Below, piece after piece: positions 47,581 to 56,888 of a stretch of 64,000 nucleotides of DNA (positions within the stretch are counted from its first letter, which is position 1; every line of letters begins with the position of its first letter). Below the pieces are notes generated by a model. It saw nothing but the letters and a program-made list of their open reading frames with translations. It had not been told where the DNA came from and ran no database searches. This DNA is from Longimicrobiales bacterium (GTDB lineage Bacteria; Gemmatimonadota; Gemmatimonadetes; Longimicrobiales; Gaopeijiaceae). A program made the position numbers and the translations under genes. The stretch covers positions 544,001-608,000 of the forward strand of contig JAWLHJ010000001.1 in NCBI GenBank assembly GCA_041690395.1. The letters run 5' to 3'.

Positions 47581-47991
47581 TCAGCCGCGCTGCCTCCGTG
47601 GAATCACGAACTTCAACCCCGACCAGGTCTCGTCCACGGCGCACACCTTGATGTCCACCAGGCCGGCGCCGAGCCCGGCGTCGCGGACCACGTTCCCGTT
47701 GACGTCGGTCTCGACACCCGATGCCTTCTTGGGCCACGACACCCAGATCATCCCGGTCGGGGCGATCTGGAGCCGCAGCTTGGTGAGCCGGTCCTGAAGC
47801 CCTTCGGCTTCCGTCACGAAAACGTGCACGAAGTCCAGCGGACCCCGCTGCCGGGAGCCGAAATGGACGTCCCCGGGGAGTCCGGCCAGGAGGTCGTCGT
47901 AGTCGTCGGGCGGATCGAGGGCCTGGCAGGCCATCCCCGGCTTCAGGCCGAGCTTCTTGAAGAGGGGCGTGCCGGAATAACCTGCGGGCAT
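47581..47991 (-). CDS. DUF3052 family protein
   Basis: MPAGYSGTPLFKKLG, IWVSWPKKASGV, GLVDIKVCAVDETWSGLKFV. Confidence 0.85.
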   Translation of the reverse strand: MPAGYSGTPLFKKLGLKPGMACQALDPPDDYDDLLAGLPGDVHFGSRQRGPLDFVHVFVTEAEGLQDRLTKLRLQIAPTGMIWVSWPKKASGVETDVNGNVVRDAGLGAGLVDIKVCAVDETWSGLKFVIPRRQRG

Positions 47992-48157
47992 GACGTCTCC
48001 GGTGGATGCGGCCGTGAGCCTCGGACCGTCCGACTCAACCTACGGGGGGTGGTCGTTCCGGCAAGCCGGAACTCCGCCGCCCGTTTGCTCGCTTGACGGC
48101 GGGCCGCGCCCGGCGCACGATGGCTGCCACGTCTTCGACCCCCTGGAGGACCAGGCC

Positions 48158-48748
48158 ATGGACACATCGATCGCTCGCCGCACCGCCGCCACGCTGCTCT
48201 GTCTCGCGTGGGGATGCGGCGGGGCCGCGGAGGAGGCGGCCACCGTCCCATCGCCGCAGGACGAGTTTTTCGCGCAGCTCGAGTCGATGTGTGGCCAGGC
48301 ATTCGAGGGCGAGGCGACCCTCGTCTCCGGTGAGGGGTTCGACGGGCGCATGGTCATGCACGTCCGCCGCTGCTCGCCCGACGAGATCCAGATTCCGCTG
48401 CACGTCGGCGAGAACCGCTCGCGGACCTGGATCGTGACCCGCACCGACACGGGGCTCCGGCTCAAGCACGATCATCGGCACGAGGACGGTTCGGAGGACG
48501 CGGTCACGCAGTACGGCGGCGACACGCGCGACGTCGGAACGGCCACGACGCAGGCGTTCCCGGCCGACGCCTTCACCGCCGAGCTGCTGCCGGAGGCGGC
48601 CACCAACGTCTGGATCATGACCGTCGAGCCCGGGGAGCGATTCACCTACCATCTGACCCGGAACGGCGAGCCGCGGGCGACCTTCACCTTCGACCTGAGC
48701 CGAACGGTGGACGCTCCGCACGCGCCCTGGGGGTACGAGGGGCGCTGA
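48158..48748 (+). CDS. Conserved hypothetical lipoprotein
   Basis: GGAGG RBS; lipobox-like AWGC; CGQAFEG, SRTW, LRLKHDHRHEDG, TQYGG, PWG. Confidence 0.8.
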   Translation: MDTSIARRTAATLLCLAWGCGGAAEEAATVPSPQDEFFAQLESMCGQAFEGEATLVSGEGFDGRMVMHVRRCSPDEIQIPLHVGENRSRTWIVTRTDTGLRLKHDHRHEDGSEDAVTQYGGDTRDVGTATTQAFPADAFTAELLPEAATNVWIMTVEPGERFTYHLTRNGEPRATFTFDLSRTVDAPHAPWGYEGR

Positions 48749-48775
48749 GCGCGGAGGCCGCCACGGAGGCCGGCC

Positions 48776-51163
48776 TCAGCTGATCGGCACCCTCCGCTTG
48801 AGCACGAAGAGCCCCTGCTTGTGGCTCGTGACCAGGATGTTGCCGCTCTCGAAGAACGGGTAGTTGCTCCACGATCCGTCGAAGAAGCCCGGCACGTCGT
48901 CGGCGAACGGCGCGGTGTCGAAGAAGCCGACCTCGCGCGGGTTCACGGGGTCGGAGATGTCGATGACGCGCAGCCCGGCGGCGTAGTTGGACTGGTACAT
49001 CATGTCGCCGCGCACGTAGAGGTTGTGGTCGGTCGCGCTCGTCTCGCCCAGGTACTCGCCCGCGAGCACCGGGTCGTCGAGCTCCGCGACGTCCCAGATC
49101 ATGGTGCGCGTCCGGTCGGTCAAGCCGTTCATCTCGTCGAGCTCGTCGTTGACGTAGATGTAGCGGTGATCGTCCGTCAGCCATCCCTGATGGATGTAGG
49201 CGGTGTTCGGCATGCTGGCGTTACCGAGGACGACCGGAGCCTCCTTGTCGGTCACGTCGCCGATGCTGACCGCCGTCTCACCGTATCCGAAGCAGATCTC
49301 GCGGCCCTGGTATCGCGCGTCGGGGCCCCGGTAGACGACGCACTGGGCGTCGTGGGTCTGCCCGGCGGCGCCCAACCCGACCGACGGGTCGTTGTAACAT
49401 CCCGCGAAGGTCGGGTTCTTCGGGTCGTTGAGGTCGATCATGTGGATCGACGCGCATCCCCGCCCGCCCCCCGAGTTGCCGACCGTGTACGCGAAGCCCG
49501 TCTCCTCGTTCACCGCGAGGTTGTGCGCGCTCGCGATGTCCGTGTAGAGGGCGTCGGCCTCGAAGGTCGGAGGATCCGCCGGGTCGACGGTCCGGAGCCG
49601 GGTCATGTCGAACACCTGCATGCCGTGCTCCCCGGCGTTGTCGGCCACCACGAGAGCGTGATCGCGCAGGACCTTCACGTCGCGCCAGGCCTGGCCGCGG
49701 CTCCCCTCGGTCTTGGGGAGCTGGCCGAGGTAGACCGGCCGCGTCGGGTCGGTGACGTCGACGAACGACGTCCCCTCGGAACGACCGACGACGGCGTACT
49801 CACGCCCCGTCTCGGGGTCCGTCCAGCCCCACACGTCGTTCACCATCGCTCCCCGGGATGCGCCGAGCTCGTGGACGGGGAGGAGCGCGACCAGGTCCAT
49901 CTGGTCGCACGAGAAGATGGCGGCGCTCCCTTCGGCACAGTCCACGGCGTCGCCGGACACCGCGTCGTACCCTTCGGCCTCGCCTTCCAACCGGCCGGCT
50001 TCGGTCCACGCGTCACCGGTGCGCTCGAACCCGACGGCCACGCCGGCGCCGTAGGCGTCGCCCGGCGAGCCCACCACGGCCACGTCCGGCCCCGCGGCGA
50101 GCGCCAGCCCGAACACGGGCATGAAGTCGGTTCCGGGACCGCGAATCGCCTCGCCGGGACCCCAGCCGCCGGCGGTCTGCCGGAAGCGTGCGACCGCACC
50201 CATCATCCCGGCGGCATTCGGGGCGCCGACCCAGAGCGTACCGCCGGCCAGCGCCAGGGCCGTGCCGAAGCGGCCCTGAGCTCCTTCGGGAGCCGCGAGC
50301 GTCGTGTCGCGCGCCGGGGCTCCGGAGGCGTCCACGGTGAACAGGGTCACGGCCCCCTGGCCTCCGGACGCCAGTGGCGTCCCGACCGCCGCCAACTCCC
50401 CGTCGGTGGCGAGCCCACATTCCTTGTAGGAGTCCTGCGAGAGCAAGCCGCCGGACATCGAGAAGGGAACGTTGGTGTCGAGCGACCCGGAGGGGGCCCA
50501 GGTCCCACTCGTGCCGCGGGTGAACGCTTCGACGAGCACGGTTCCGTCGGCGTCCGCGGTGCACACGAGGAGGGTTTCGTCGCCGAGGAAGGCTACCGCC
50601 GCGCCGAAGCGCCGGTCGGCCGTCGCGGCTTGCAGTACGATCTCTTCCCGGAGCGTGCCGCCCTCCCGCGCGTAGACGCGCACACGCTCGCCGCCCTCTC
50701 CCTGCTCCACGACCGCGGCCCCGGTCCTCGTCACCGCGACGGCCCCCCCGGTGCCCGTCGCCCCCTCGCGCGCGCCGATGCGGGCGGCTTCGCGCCACCC
50801 TTCGTCCCCACGGAGGAACAGGTAGGCGGCACCCGCCCCGTCCCCGGCTCTCGGCGCGCCCACCAGCAGGGCGTCGCCCCGCGCGGAGACGGCCCGGCCG
50901 AAGCCGTCGGAGCGCTCGGCGCCCGAGGCGGTGAGCACCTGTGACTCTCTCCATCCCGACGTTCCGGGCCGGAACACGTACACGCGTCCGGGGCGAACGA
51001 CGTTCTGGGGCTCGGCGACGAGCACGTCACCGCTCGCCACCGCGGCGGCGCGGCCGAAGGCCGTGCCGAAGTCGTAGAGCTGCTGGCCCGCCGCGGGTCG
51101 CGGGACGAGGGTGACGGCGAGGCAGACGAGGCCGGCGGCGAGGATCGAGCTCGGGGTGCGCAT
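48776..51163 (-). CDS. Choice-of-anchor B family exported protein with FG-GAP-like repeats
   Basis: Signal peptide; FG.A.A...VGAP repeats; NDVWGWTDPETGREYA, WRDVKV, HDAQCVVY, YIHQGWLT, HNLYV, WSNYPFF. Confidence 0.85.
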   Translation of the reverse strand: MRTPSSILAAGLVCLAVTLVPRPAAGQQLYDFGTAFGRAAAVASGDVLVAEPQNVVRPGRVYVFRPGTSGWRESQVLTASGAERSDGFGRAVSARGDALLVGAPRAGDGAGAAYLFLRGDEGWREAARIGAREGATGTGGAVAVTRTGAAVVEQGEGGERVRVYAREGGTLREEIVLQAATADRRFGAAVAFLGDETLLVCTADADGTVLVEAFTRGTSGTWAPSGSLDTNVPFSMSGGLLSQDSYKECGLATDGELAAVGTPLASGGQGAVTLFTVDASGAPARDTTLAAPEGAQGRFGTALALAGGTLWVGAPNAAGMMGAVARFRQTAGGWGPGEAIRGPGTDFMPVFGLALAAGPDVAVVGSPGDAYGAGVAVGFERTGDAWTEAGRLEGEAEGYDAVSGDAVDCAEGSAAIFSCDQMDLVALLPVHELGASRGAMVNDVWGWTDPETGREYAVVGRSEGTSFVDVTDPTRPVYLGQLPKTEGSRGQAWRDVKVLRDHALVVADNAGEHGMQVFDMTRLRTVDPADPPTFEADALYTDIASAHNLAVNEETGFAYTVGNSGGGRGCASIHMIDLNDPKNPTFAGCYNDPSVGLGAAGQTHDAQCVVYRGPDARYQGREICFGYGETAVSIGDVTDKEAPVVLGNASMPNTAYIHQGWLTDDHRYIYVNDELDEMNGLTDRTRTMIWDVAELDDPVLAGEYLGETSATDHNLYVRGDMMYQSNYAAGLRVIDISDPVNPREVGFFDTAPFADDVPGFFDGSWSNYPFFESGNILVTSHKQGLFVLKRRVPIS

Positions 51164-51289
51164 CGAGGGGGCTCCGGGAGAGGGCTGCGACGTCCGATCA
51201 GATTGTGTCCTACCGTCGACGCCGACAAGGTGGACCGGCCCGCCGCCCCGGTCGACGACCCGGCCGGAAGTCCGGCCGGGCCGCCCGCC

Positions 51290-52342
51290 TCACGCCACCA
51301 GGATCGCGCTCGACTCCTCCCGCACCAGCGGGATCACCTCCTCGGCGAAGCGCTCCATCTCCTCGAGCTGGGGCGAGAACTGGAGTAGAAGCAGATCCAG
51401 ACCCGCGCGCTCGAACTCGAGGATCCGCTCCGCGACCTGCTCCGGCGTTCCGGTGAGGCCGCTGCGGAGTCCGCGGTTCGAGACCGAGTAGTCCTCGATG
51501 CTGACCTTCCGCTCGAGCTTGGTGTTCCTGATCCAGTCCTGGTAGTTGGCGTACCCCCGCGCGTTCTCCCGGACGTCGGTGATCCGGGCGAGCTCCCGCT
51601 CGACCTCGCTCTCGGTCGAGCGCACGACCGCGTATCCGGCCGCTCCGAACGACATCGGCCGGAGCCCCGCCGCCTCGCGGCGCGCCTTCATGTCGTCGAC
51701 CTTCGCACCGATCACGTCCGGCGGGTCGCCGTGGGTCAACCACGCGTCGCACTTCGTGGAGATGAGCTCTTTGGCGGCCGGGGATTCGCCGCCGGCGTAC
51801 ACCGTGGGTCGTGGCTCACGCACGGGCTTGGGCTCCAGAATGGCGTCTTCGACCTCGTAGTACTTCCCCTCGAAGGAGAACTCGGGCTGCCTCCACATGC
51901 CGTCGACGACCTCGAGCCACTCGGCGGTCCGCGCATACCGGTCGTCGTGCTCGTCGAAGTGCACGCCGTACTTCCTCGCCTCGGTCGCCCACCACGAGGA
52001 AACCACGTTCACGGAGAGCCTCCCGCCGCTGATGTGGTCGATATTCGCCGCCTGCTTGGCCAGCAGTGCGGGGGCGTGGAAGGTGGGCCGCACCGCGACC
52101 ATCAGCTCGAGGCGCTCGGTCACGGCCGCGAGGGCGGCCGCGGTGCTCCAGGCGTCGAGCGACGGGGCGTCCATCCCCTTGATGTCGTTCAGGTTCAGCT
52201 CTGCGATGAGCGTCAGGTCGAACCCGATCTCCTCGCTCCGGCGCGCGAGCTTGCTCACGTAGCGCCACGACGCGTCCATCCCCTCGTCCTCGACGTTTCG
52301 CAGCCATCCCCCGAAGACGGGGAGCCAGTATCCGAACCTCAT
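51290..52342 (-). CDS. LLM-class flavin-dependent monooxygenase (SsuD/SfnG-like)
   Basis: MRFGYWLPVFGGW, LDAWSTAAALAAVTERLELMVAVRP, IDHISGGR, YAGGES, GTPEQVAERI. ATGA overlap with the upstream gene. Confidence 0.9.
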   Translation of the reverse strand: MRFGYWLPVFGGWLRNVEDEGMDASWRYVSKLARRSEEIGFDLTLIAELNLNDIKGMDAPSLDAWSTAAALAAVTERLELMVAVRPTFHAPALLAKQAANIDHISGGRLSVNVVSSWWATEARKYGVHFDEHDDRYARTAEWLEVVDGMWRQPEFSFEGKYYEVEDAILEPKPVREPRPTVYAGGESPAAKELISTKCDAWLTHGDPPDVIGAKVDDMKARREAAGLRPMSFGAAGYAVVRSTESEVERELARITDVRENARGYANYQDWIRNTKLERKVSIEDYSVSNRGLRSGLTGTPEQVAERILEFERAGLDLLLLQFSPQLEEMERFAEEVIPLVREESSAILVA

Positions 52343-53358
52343 CGGGCACCTCCCGCGGCGACGGCGAGCTCGGCGGCAGGCTCGGCACGCCGGGAGCCGA
52401 GGGTCGCCGCCTCGGCCTCGCGCTCCAGCCAGTCGGCCAGCCGCGCGAAGGCGTCGAGGCCGACGACGTTCGGCGCGTCGGCCACGAAGTTCGAGAGCGC
52501 GTTGACGTCGTAGTAGTAGAGCTGGCCGTCGCGGTCGTCGATCATGTACTCGACCCCGCCGATCTCGATGCCGGCGGTTTCCATGATGCGCTCGACGTCG
52601 GCCACGACCTCGGGGGGCGGCTCGTAGCCCTCGACCTTCATGCCGTTCTTCGGCGCGTCCAACGCGCATGCCGAGCGCTCGAGCTCGGCCCCGTCCACGC
52701 GCTGGCATGCGTCGGCGGGGCAGAGGTTGAAGTCGGTGCCGTCAGTGTAGACGCGAATCGCGTACAGGAACTTCCCGTCGAGGACCTCGACCCGGACGAT
52801 CCGTCCGTCCCGGGCCGGGATGAACTCCTGCACGAGGGCGGTCGAGTCGACCCCGAGGTCGAGCTCGCCGACCGAGGCCGCGAGCGTCTCCGGGGCGTCG
52901 AAGCGCCGCACACCCGCGCCGCTCCCCCCGATGTTCGGCTTGACCACGACCGGAAAGCGGAGCCCTTCGGCCGCCGCCGGGGCGTCTTCCGCCCGGTGGA
53001 TCACCCGAGCCCGAGGCGCGGGGAGCCCCAGCCGCTTCAGCAGGGAGAGCTGCTCGGCCTTCGAGATCTCCGTCTGCCACGCCCGCCACCCGTTCACGAC
53101 GCGCACGCCCCGGTGCTCGAGGTCGGCCAGATACTGGGAGGTGAAGAAGATGGAGGACGCGTGTCCGCGCAGGTACGCGGACGGGCTCATACGGTTGAAG
53201 ACGAGCGCGTAGCTCGGCTGCTCGCCTGTCGGATCGAAGGTGTGACGCCTGGCGTCCAGCCGTACGTACGGCACGCCCCTCCGGTCCAGCTCGGAGAAGA
53301 GCGGGCGGAACCAGTCTGGGTGCTCGTGATAGATGGCGATCGGGTCTCGGATGGTCAT
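52339..53358 (-). CDS. ATP-grasp ligase (RimK/glutathione-synthetase-like)
   Basis: YHEHPDWF, FNRMSPSAY, ISKA.Q, FPVVVKPNIGGSGAG, LVQEFIP, GGVEY, YYDVNALSNF. Confidence 0.88.
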   Translation of the reverse strand: MTIRDPIAIYHEHPDWFRPLFSELDRRGVPYVRLDARRHTFDPTGEQPSYALVFNRMSPSAYLRGHASSIFFTSQYLADLEHRGVRVVNGWRAWQTEISKAEQLSLLKRLGLPAPRARVIHRAEDAPAAAEGLRFPVVVKPNIGGSGAGVRRFDAPETLAASVGELDLGVDSTALVQEFIPARDGRIVRVEVLDGKFLYAIRVYTDGTDFNLCPADACQRVDGAELERSACALDAPKNGMKVEGYEPPPEVVADVERIMETAGIEIGGVEYMIDDRDGQLYYYDVNALSNFVADAPNVVGLDAFARLADWLEREAEAATLGSRRAEPAAELAVAAGGAR

Positions 53359-53389
53359 GGGTCTCTCGACTCTTCGGAGGGCAGGTCAC

Positions 53390-53425
53390 AAAAAAACCGG
53401 CCCCTCTCACTCGGAGAGGGGCCGG
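53390..53425 (-). terminator. Intrinsic terminator (attenuator 3:4 hairpin) 31 nt upstream of the ATP-grasp start codon
   Basis: Perfect 12-bp stem CCGGCCCCTCTC/GAGAGGGGCCGG, 5-nt loop, then T7. Confidence 0.88.
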
Positions 53426-53461
53426 GGATCCGGGCACGGGGCCCGGAGCTTCACGCGTCCG

Positions 53462-53557
53462 TCACATGTACGGGCGCCCCACGGCCTCTCCCCGAGGGAG
53501 AGCCGGACGACAACAGCGACACATCATGGTCGCGGGTCGGAGGGGCGTGTTGCTCAT
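53462..53557 (-). CDS. Putative attenuator leader peptide MSNTPLRPATMMCRCCRPALPRGEAVGRPYM
   Basis: 31-aa ORF between promoter and terminator with the cluster ATG ATG TGT CGC TGT TGT. An alternative start at 53527 is possible. Confidence 0.72.
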   Translation of the reverse strand: MSNTPLRPATMMCRCCRPALPRGEAVGRPYM

Positions 53558-53599
53558 GCGTTGGGCCGTTGGTTCGTTGAAGCTTGATCGTGTGGCGAA

Positions 53600-53629
53600 A
53601 CGATAACGTGAAGCGGGTCGCCCGATCAA
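53600..53629 (-). promoter_or_regulatory. Sigma70-type promoter (TTGATC-N18-TATCGT) of the leader / ATP-grasp / LLM operon
   Basis: -35 at 53629-53624 and -10 at 53605-53600 on the minus strand. Confidence 0.6.
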
Positions 53630-54195
53630 CCGCGCCAGTGCCGGCCGCCGGCGATCCTCACCGCGAGGTACGCCGCCCTTCGGCGCCACTTCGGCACGCC
53701 TTGCTCCCGCATCATCCGGGCGAAGAGCTCGTCGGCATGCCGGCGCGACCAGGGGTCGTCGACCGGGTCCCACCGTCCGTCAGTCCGGTCCCATCGGAGC
53801 GTCGTCACCCGTCCACCGTTGCGGTAGAGCCAGTCGTGAAAGATCGACGCGAGACCCAGGTCGAGCGGGGAGATGAGCATCCAGAGCACACGTGGGACGC
53901 TCGCGAAGTCGTGGGTGAAGCCCTCGGGAACGTCGAGGCGCAGGAGGTCCCGCTCGGGCTCGGGGGCGCCGAGCGGGTTCCACCATGTGTACCTGGCGGC
54001 CTCCAGGAGGCGGAAGCTCCGGAAGTCGTCGGACAGCTTCTGGCCGGGTGAGGTGACCCGCCCGGGGACGTCGGTCGGGAGTGGCGGCGGCGGCCCGGGC
54101 GGCTCGGGTAAGCGCTCGGGCTCCGCGGCCGCGCCCGTCGCGCCATCCTGGTGGGCCTCGGGAGCCGCGACCTCGCCGCTTGCGGTTTCCGTCAT
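53626..54195 (-). CDS. DUF1353 family protein
   Basis: VPEGFTHDFASVPR, ASIFHDWLY, ADELF..M...GV...R..AYLAVRIAG. ATGA overlap with the creatininase gene. Confidence 0.82.
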   Translation of the reverse strand: MTETASGEVAAPEAHQDGATGAAAEPERLPEPPGPPPPLPTDVPGRVTSPGQKLSDDFRSFRLLEAARYTWWNPLGAPEPERDLLRLDVPEGFTHDFASVPRVLWMLISPLDLGLASIFHDWLYRNGGRVTTLRWDRTDGRWDPVDDPWSRRHADELFARMMREQGVPKWRRRAAYLAVRIAGGRHWRG

Positions 54196-55073
54196 CGACT
54201 CGCGATCGCTTCCCGGATGGCCCGGGCCGTGATCTCCGCACGGTACTCGACCAAGCGCCTGCCGTTGGCGATGGTGCGCGCCAGCGGCTCGAGACTGACG
54301 CCGTTGATGCTGAACAGCCCGGCGTCCATGCGCTGCTGGGCCCGGATGCGGGTCGGATCGGTCGTCGCGATGATCGAGGAGTAGTGGTAGTCGTCGTGGT
54401 ACTCGTTCCGGGTCGCCACGCACTCGTCCGGCTCCTGGAAGATGCCGAGCTCCGCCTTCAGGTAGTCGCAGCTGTAGATGTCTTCCGTGTAGTACTCCGG
54501 GATGTGGTGCACCCGCGCGGGGCGGTCGGCCCAGGCCGCGTTGAGGGCGGCGGCCACGTTTTCCATGCCGCGCGTGTTCCCTCCGCTGTCCCCGATGAGC
54601 ACGATGTCCGTGAAGCCGTGGGCGGCGAAGCTCGAAGCGATGTCCGTCAGGAGCGCCTCGAACGTCTCCTGCGTGACGCTGATGGTCGCGTGGTAGCGCA
54701 TGTGCCCGGACGGCGGATCGATGTCTCCCTCCGGCACGAACTTCACGATGGGCGCGACGAGGGCATTCCCGAGCTCGCGGGCGATCGCCTCCGTCGTGGC
54801 GGTCAGGACGAAGTTGTGCTTACCGCTCGCGACGTAGGGTCCGTTCTGCTCGACGCCGCCGGTGCCGACGATGACGGTCGTCATCCCCTCGGCCAACGCG
54901 TCCCGCACCTCCATCCACGTCATTTCCTCGATCCAGAGCGTGTTGGTGCCGGCTATGGGACGGGGCGCGTCCATGTCCTGGGCGGCCAGCTTCGGGGCCG
55001 CGATCGACAGGGCAGGGACGAGAGCGAGCATGAGGCCGGCGGTGTGGAGCCGAAGGCGGAGCGGACGGGGCAT
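54192..55073 (-). CDS. Exported creatininase/creatinine amidohydrolase family protein
   Basis: Signal peptide; EEMTWMEV, GGVEQNGPY, GHMRYHATISV, IGDSGGN. Confidence 0.85.
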   Translation of the reverse strand: MPRPLRLRLHTAGLMLALVPALSIAAPKLAAQDMDAPRPIAGTNTLWIEEMTWMEVRDALAEGMTTVIVGTGGVEQNGPYVASGKHNFVLTATTEAIARELGNALVAPIVKFVPEGDIDPPSGHMRYHATISVTQETFEALLTDIASSFAAHGFTDIVLIGDSGGNTRGMENVAAALNAAWADRPARVHHIPEYYTEDIYSCDYLKAELGIFQEPDECVATRNEYHDDYHYSSIIATTDPTRIRAQQRMDAGLFSINGVSLEPLARTIANGRRLVEYRAEITARAIREAIASR

Positions 55074-55190
55074 GGGTCTGTCTCCCGATGCAGGTGAGGT
55101 GCGGTCCGACACGGCCACGATGCGGCTCGCGCCGGGCGGTGGGCAAGTCGTAGTTTGCCGCGCATTCCGCACCATCCACCCGAGACGCCC

Positions 55191-56807
55191 ATGGCATTGT
55201 CGCCCCATCGCTCCGTCCATCGACACGCCGGAAACGTCGTGCTCGCGCTCACGCTCATCCTGGTGGGGGCGGCAGCCCCGACGCCGACCACCGCCCAGGT
55301 CGCGCTCTCCGAGGCCTCGATCGAGGACCTCGCACGGGCCCTCGACTCCGGAGCGCTCACGTCGGAGCGGTTGGTGGAGATGTACCTGGCGCGCATCGCC
55401 GCGTACGACGCGGCCGGCCCCGAGCTGAACGCGGTCCTTCACGTCGATGCGAACGCCCTCGAAACCGCGCGCGCGCTGGACCGGGAGCGGCGGGAGCGCG
55501 GCCCACGCTCTCCGCTGCACGGGATCCCCGTCGTGCTCAAGGACAACGTGGACACCGGCGACATGCCGACGACCGCCGGGTCGCTCCTCCTGGCCGGCTC
55601 CGTCCCGCCGGACGACGCGTTCATCGTGAGGCGGCTGCGTGACGCCGGGGCCATCATCCTGGCCAAGGCGAACATGAGCGAGTTCGCATCGGGTCCGACC
55701 ATGAGCTCGGTGGCCGGCCCCATGCGGAACCCGCACGATCTCGCCCGCTCGCCGTCGGGGTCGTCGGGGGGGACCGGGGTCGCCATCGCCGCGAGTTACG
55801 CGCAGCTCGGCATCGGCACCGACACGGGCGGCTCCGTCCGCGGGCCTACGGCGTCCAACGGAATCGCGGGACTGAAGCCCACGCATGGACTCGTGAGCCG
55901 CGACGGTATCGTCCCGCTCTCCCTGACGTTCGACGTGGCGGGCCCGATGGCCCGTCACGTGTACGACCTTGCGGCCATGCTCGACGTGCTCGCGGGTACC
56001 GATCCGGCGGATTCCGCGACCGCCGAGGCCGATCGGGTTCGTGCCCCGAGCTACGTGGACGCGCTCGACGCGGGGGCGTTGGCCGGCGCCCGCATCGGCA
56101 TCGCCAGGGACTTCATGGGCCAGGACCTGGAAGTGGACTGGGTGATCGAGGCGGCGCTGCACACGATGCGCGAGGCCGGCGCGACCGTGGTCGATGTCCG
56201 GGTGCCCGGATGGCTGTTGGACGCGAAGGGCGATTGGTACACGACCATCCGATGGAGGGAGTTCCGTGCCGACATACCCGACTATCTCGCGACGCTGGGG
56301 CCGACGTACCCGAAGACACTCGCGGAGATGATCGAGCGCACGAAGGAGATCGTGTCGCTACCGGCCGGAGGCGGAGCGCCGAACCCGACGCGCTGGTCGC
56401 TGTTCGAGGACGAGGAGCGGAGCGGCAGCACGGACGACGCAGCGTACGTGATGATGCGCGACCACGGCCTCCCGCTCGTTCGGGGCGTCGTGGAGGGGCT
56501 GCTCGCCGAGCACGACCTGGACGCGATCGTCTATCCGACGTCGCCGAGCCGGCCGGGGCTCGTCGCCGGAGGCGGTGGTGGGGGAGGGCCGTCGGCCACG
56601 AACATCGCCAACCTCACGGGCTTCCCGGACCTGATCGTGCCGGCCGGCTTCACCAACGACCGGCTTCCCGTGGCCCTGTCGTTCTTCGGCCCGGCGTTCA
56701 GCGAGGCACGTTTGCTGGGGCTCGGGTACGCGTTCGAGCACCTGACCCGTGCGCGGCGCGACCCGGCGCACACGCCCGCGCTTCCCGGAGAGCGCATCGG
56801 AGGCTGA
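55191..56807 (+). CDS. Exported amidase (amidase-signature family)
   Basis: PLHGIPVVLKDN, GSSGGTG, GTDTGGSVRGP, GLKPTHGLVSRDG. Confidence 0.92.
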   Translation: MALSPHRSVHRHAGNVVLALTLILVGAAAPTPTTAQVALSEASIEDLARALDSGALTSERLVEMYLARIAAYDAAGPELNAVLHVDANALETARALDRERRERGPRSPLHGIPVVLKDNVDTGDMPTTAGSLLLAGSVPPDDAFIVRRLRDAGAIILAKANMSEFASGPTMSSVAGPMRNPHDLARSPSGSSGGTGVAIAASYAQLGIGTDTGGSVRGPTASNGIAGLKPTHGLVSRDGIVPLSLTFDVAGPMARHVYDLAAMLDVLAGTDPADSATAEADRVRAPSYVDALDAGALAGARIGIARDFMGQDLEVDWVIEAALHTMREAGATVVDVRVPGWLLDAKGDWYTTIRWREFRADIPDYLATLGPTYPKTLAEMIERTKEIVSLPAGGGAPNPTRWSLFEDEERSGSTDDAAYVMMRDHGLPLVRGVVEGLLAEHDLDAIVYPTSPSRPGLVAGGGGGGGPSATNIANLTGFPDLIVPAGFTNDRLPVALSFFGPAFSEARLLGLGYAFEHLTRARRDPAHTPALPGERIGG

Positions 56808-56888
56808 AGGGTCGGGGCGGGCGAGAGGCGCGGATCGGCAGGACCTCGCGCCGACGCGGCCGGTGCCGCAGACTAGGTTGGTGGGGAG

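Noticed and set aside
53462..53557. Leader peptide as a graspetide (RiPP) precursor for the ATP-grasp enzyme
   Set aside because: It lacks the Thr/Ser/Lys plus Asp/Glu core repeats of graspetides, and its embedding in terminator/antiterminator stems fits attenuation.
53390..53600. SAM riboswitch or T-box upstream of the sulfur-type operon
   Set aside because: No SAM-I core (AUC..GAG...GCAACC...GUGC) or T-box (UGGNACC) consensus seen by eye; an Rfam scan should confirm.
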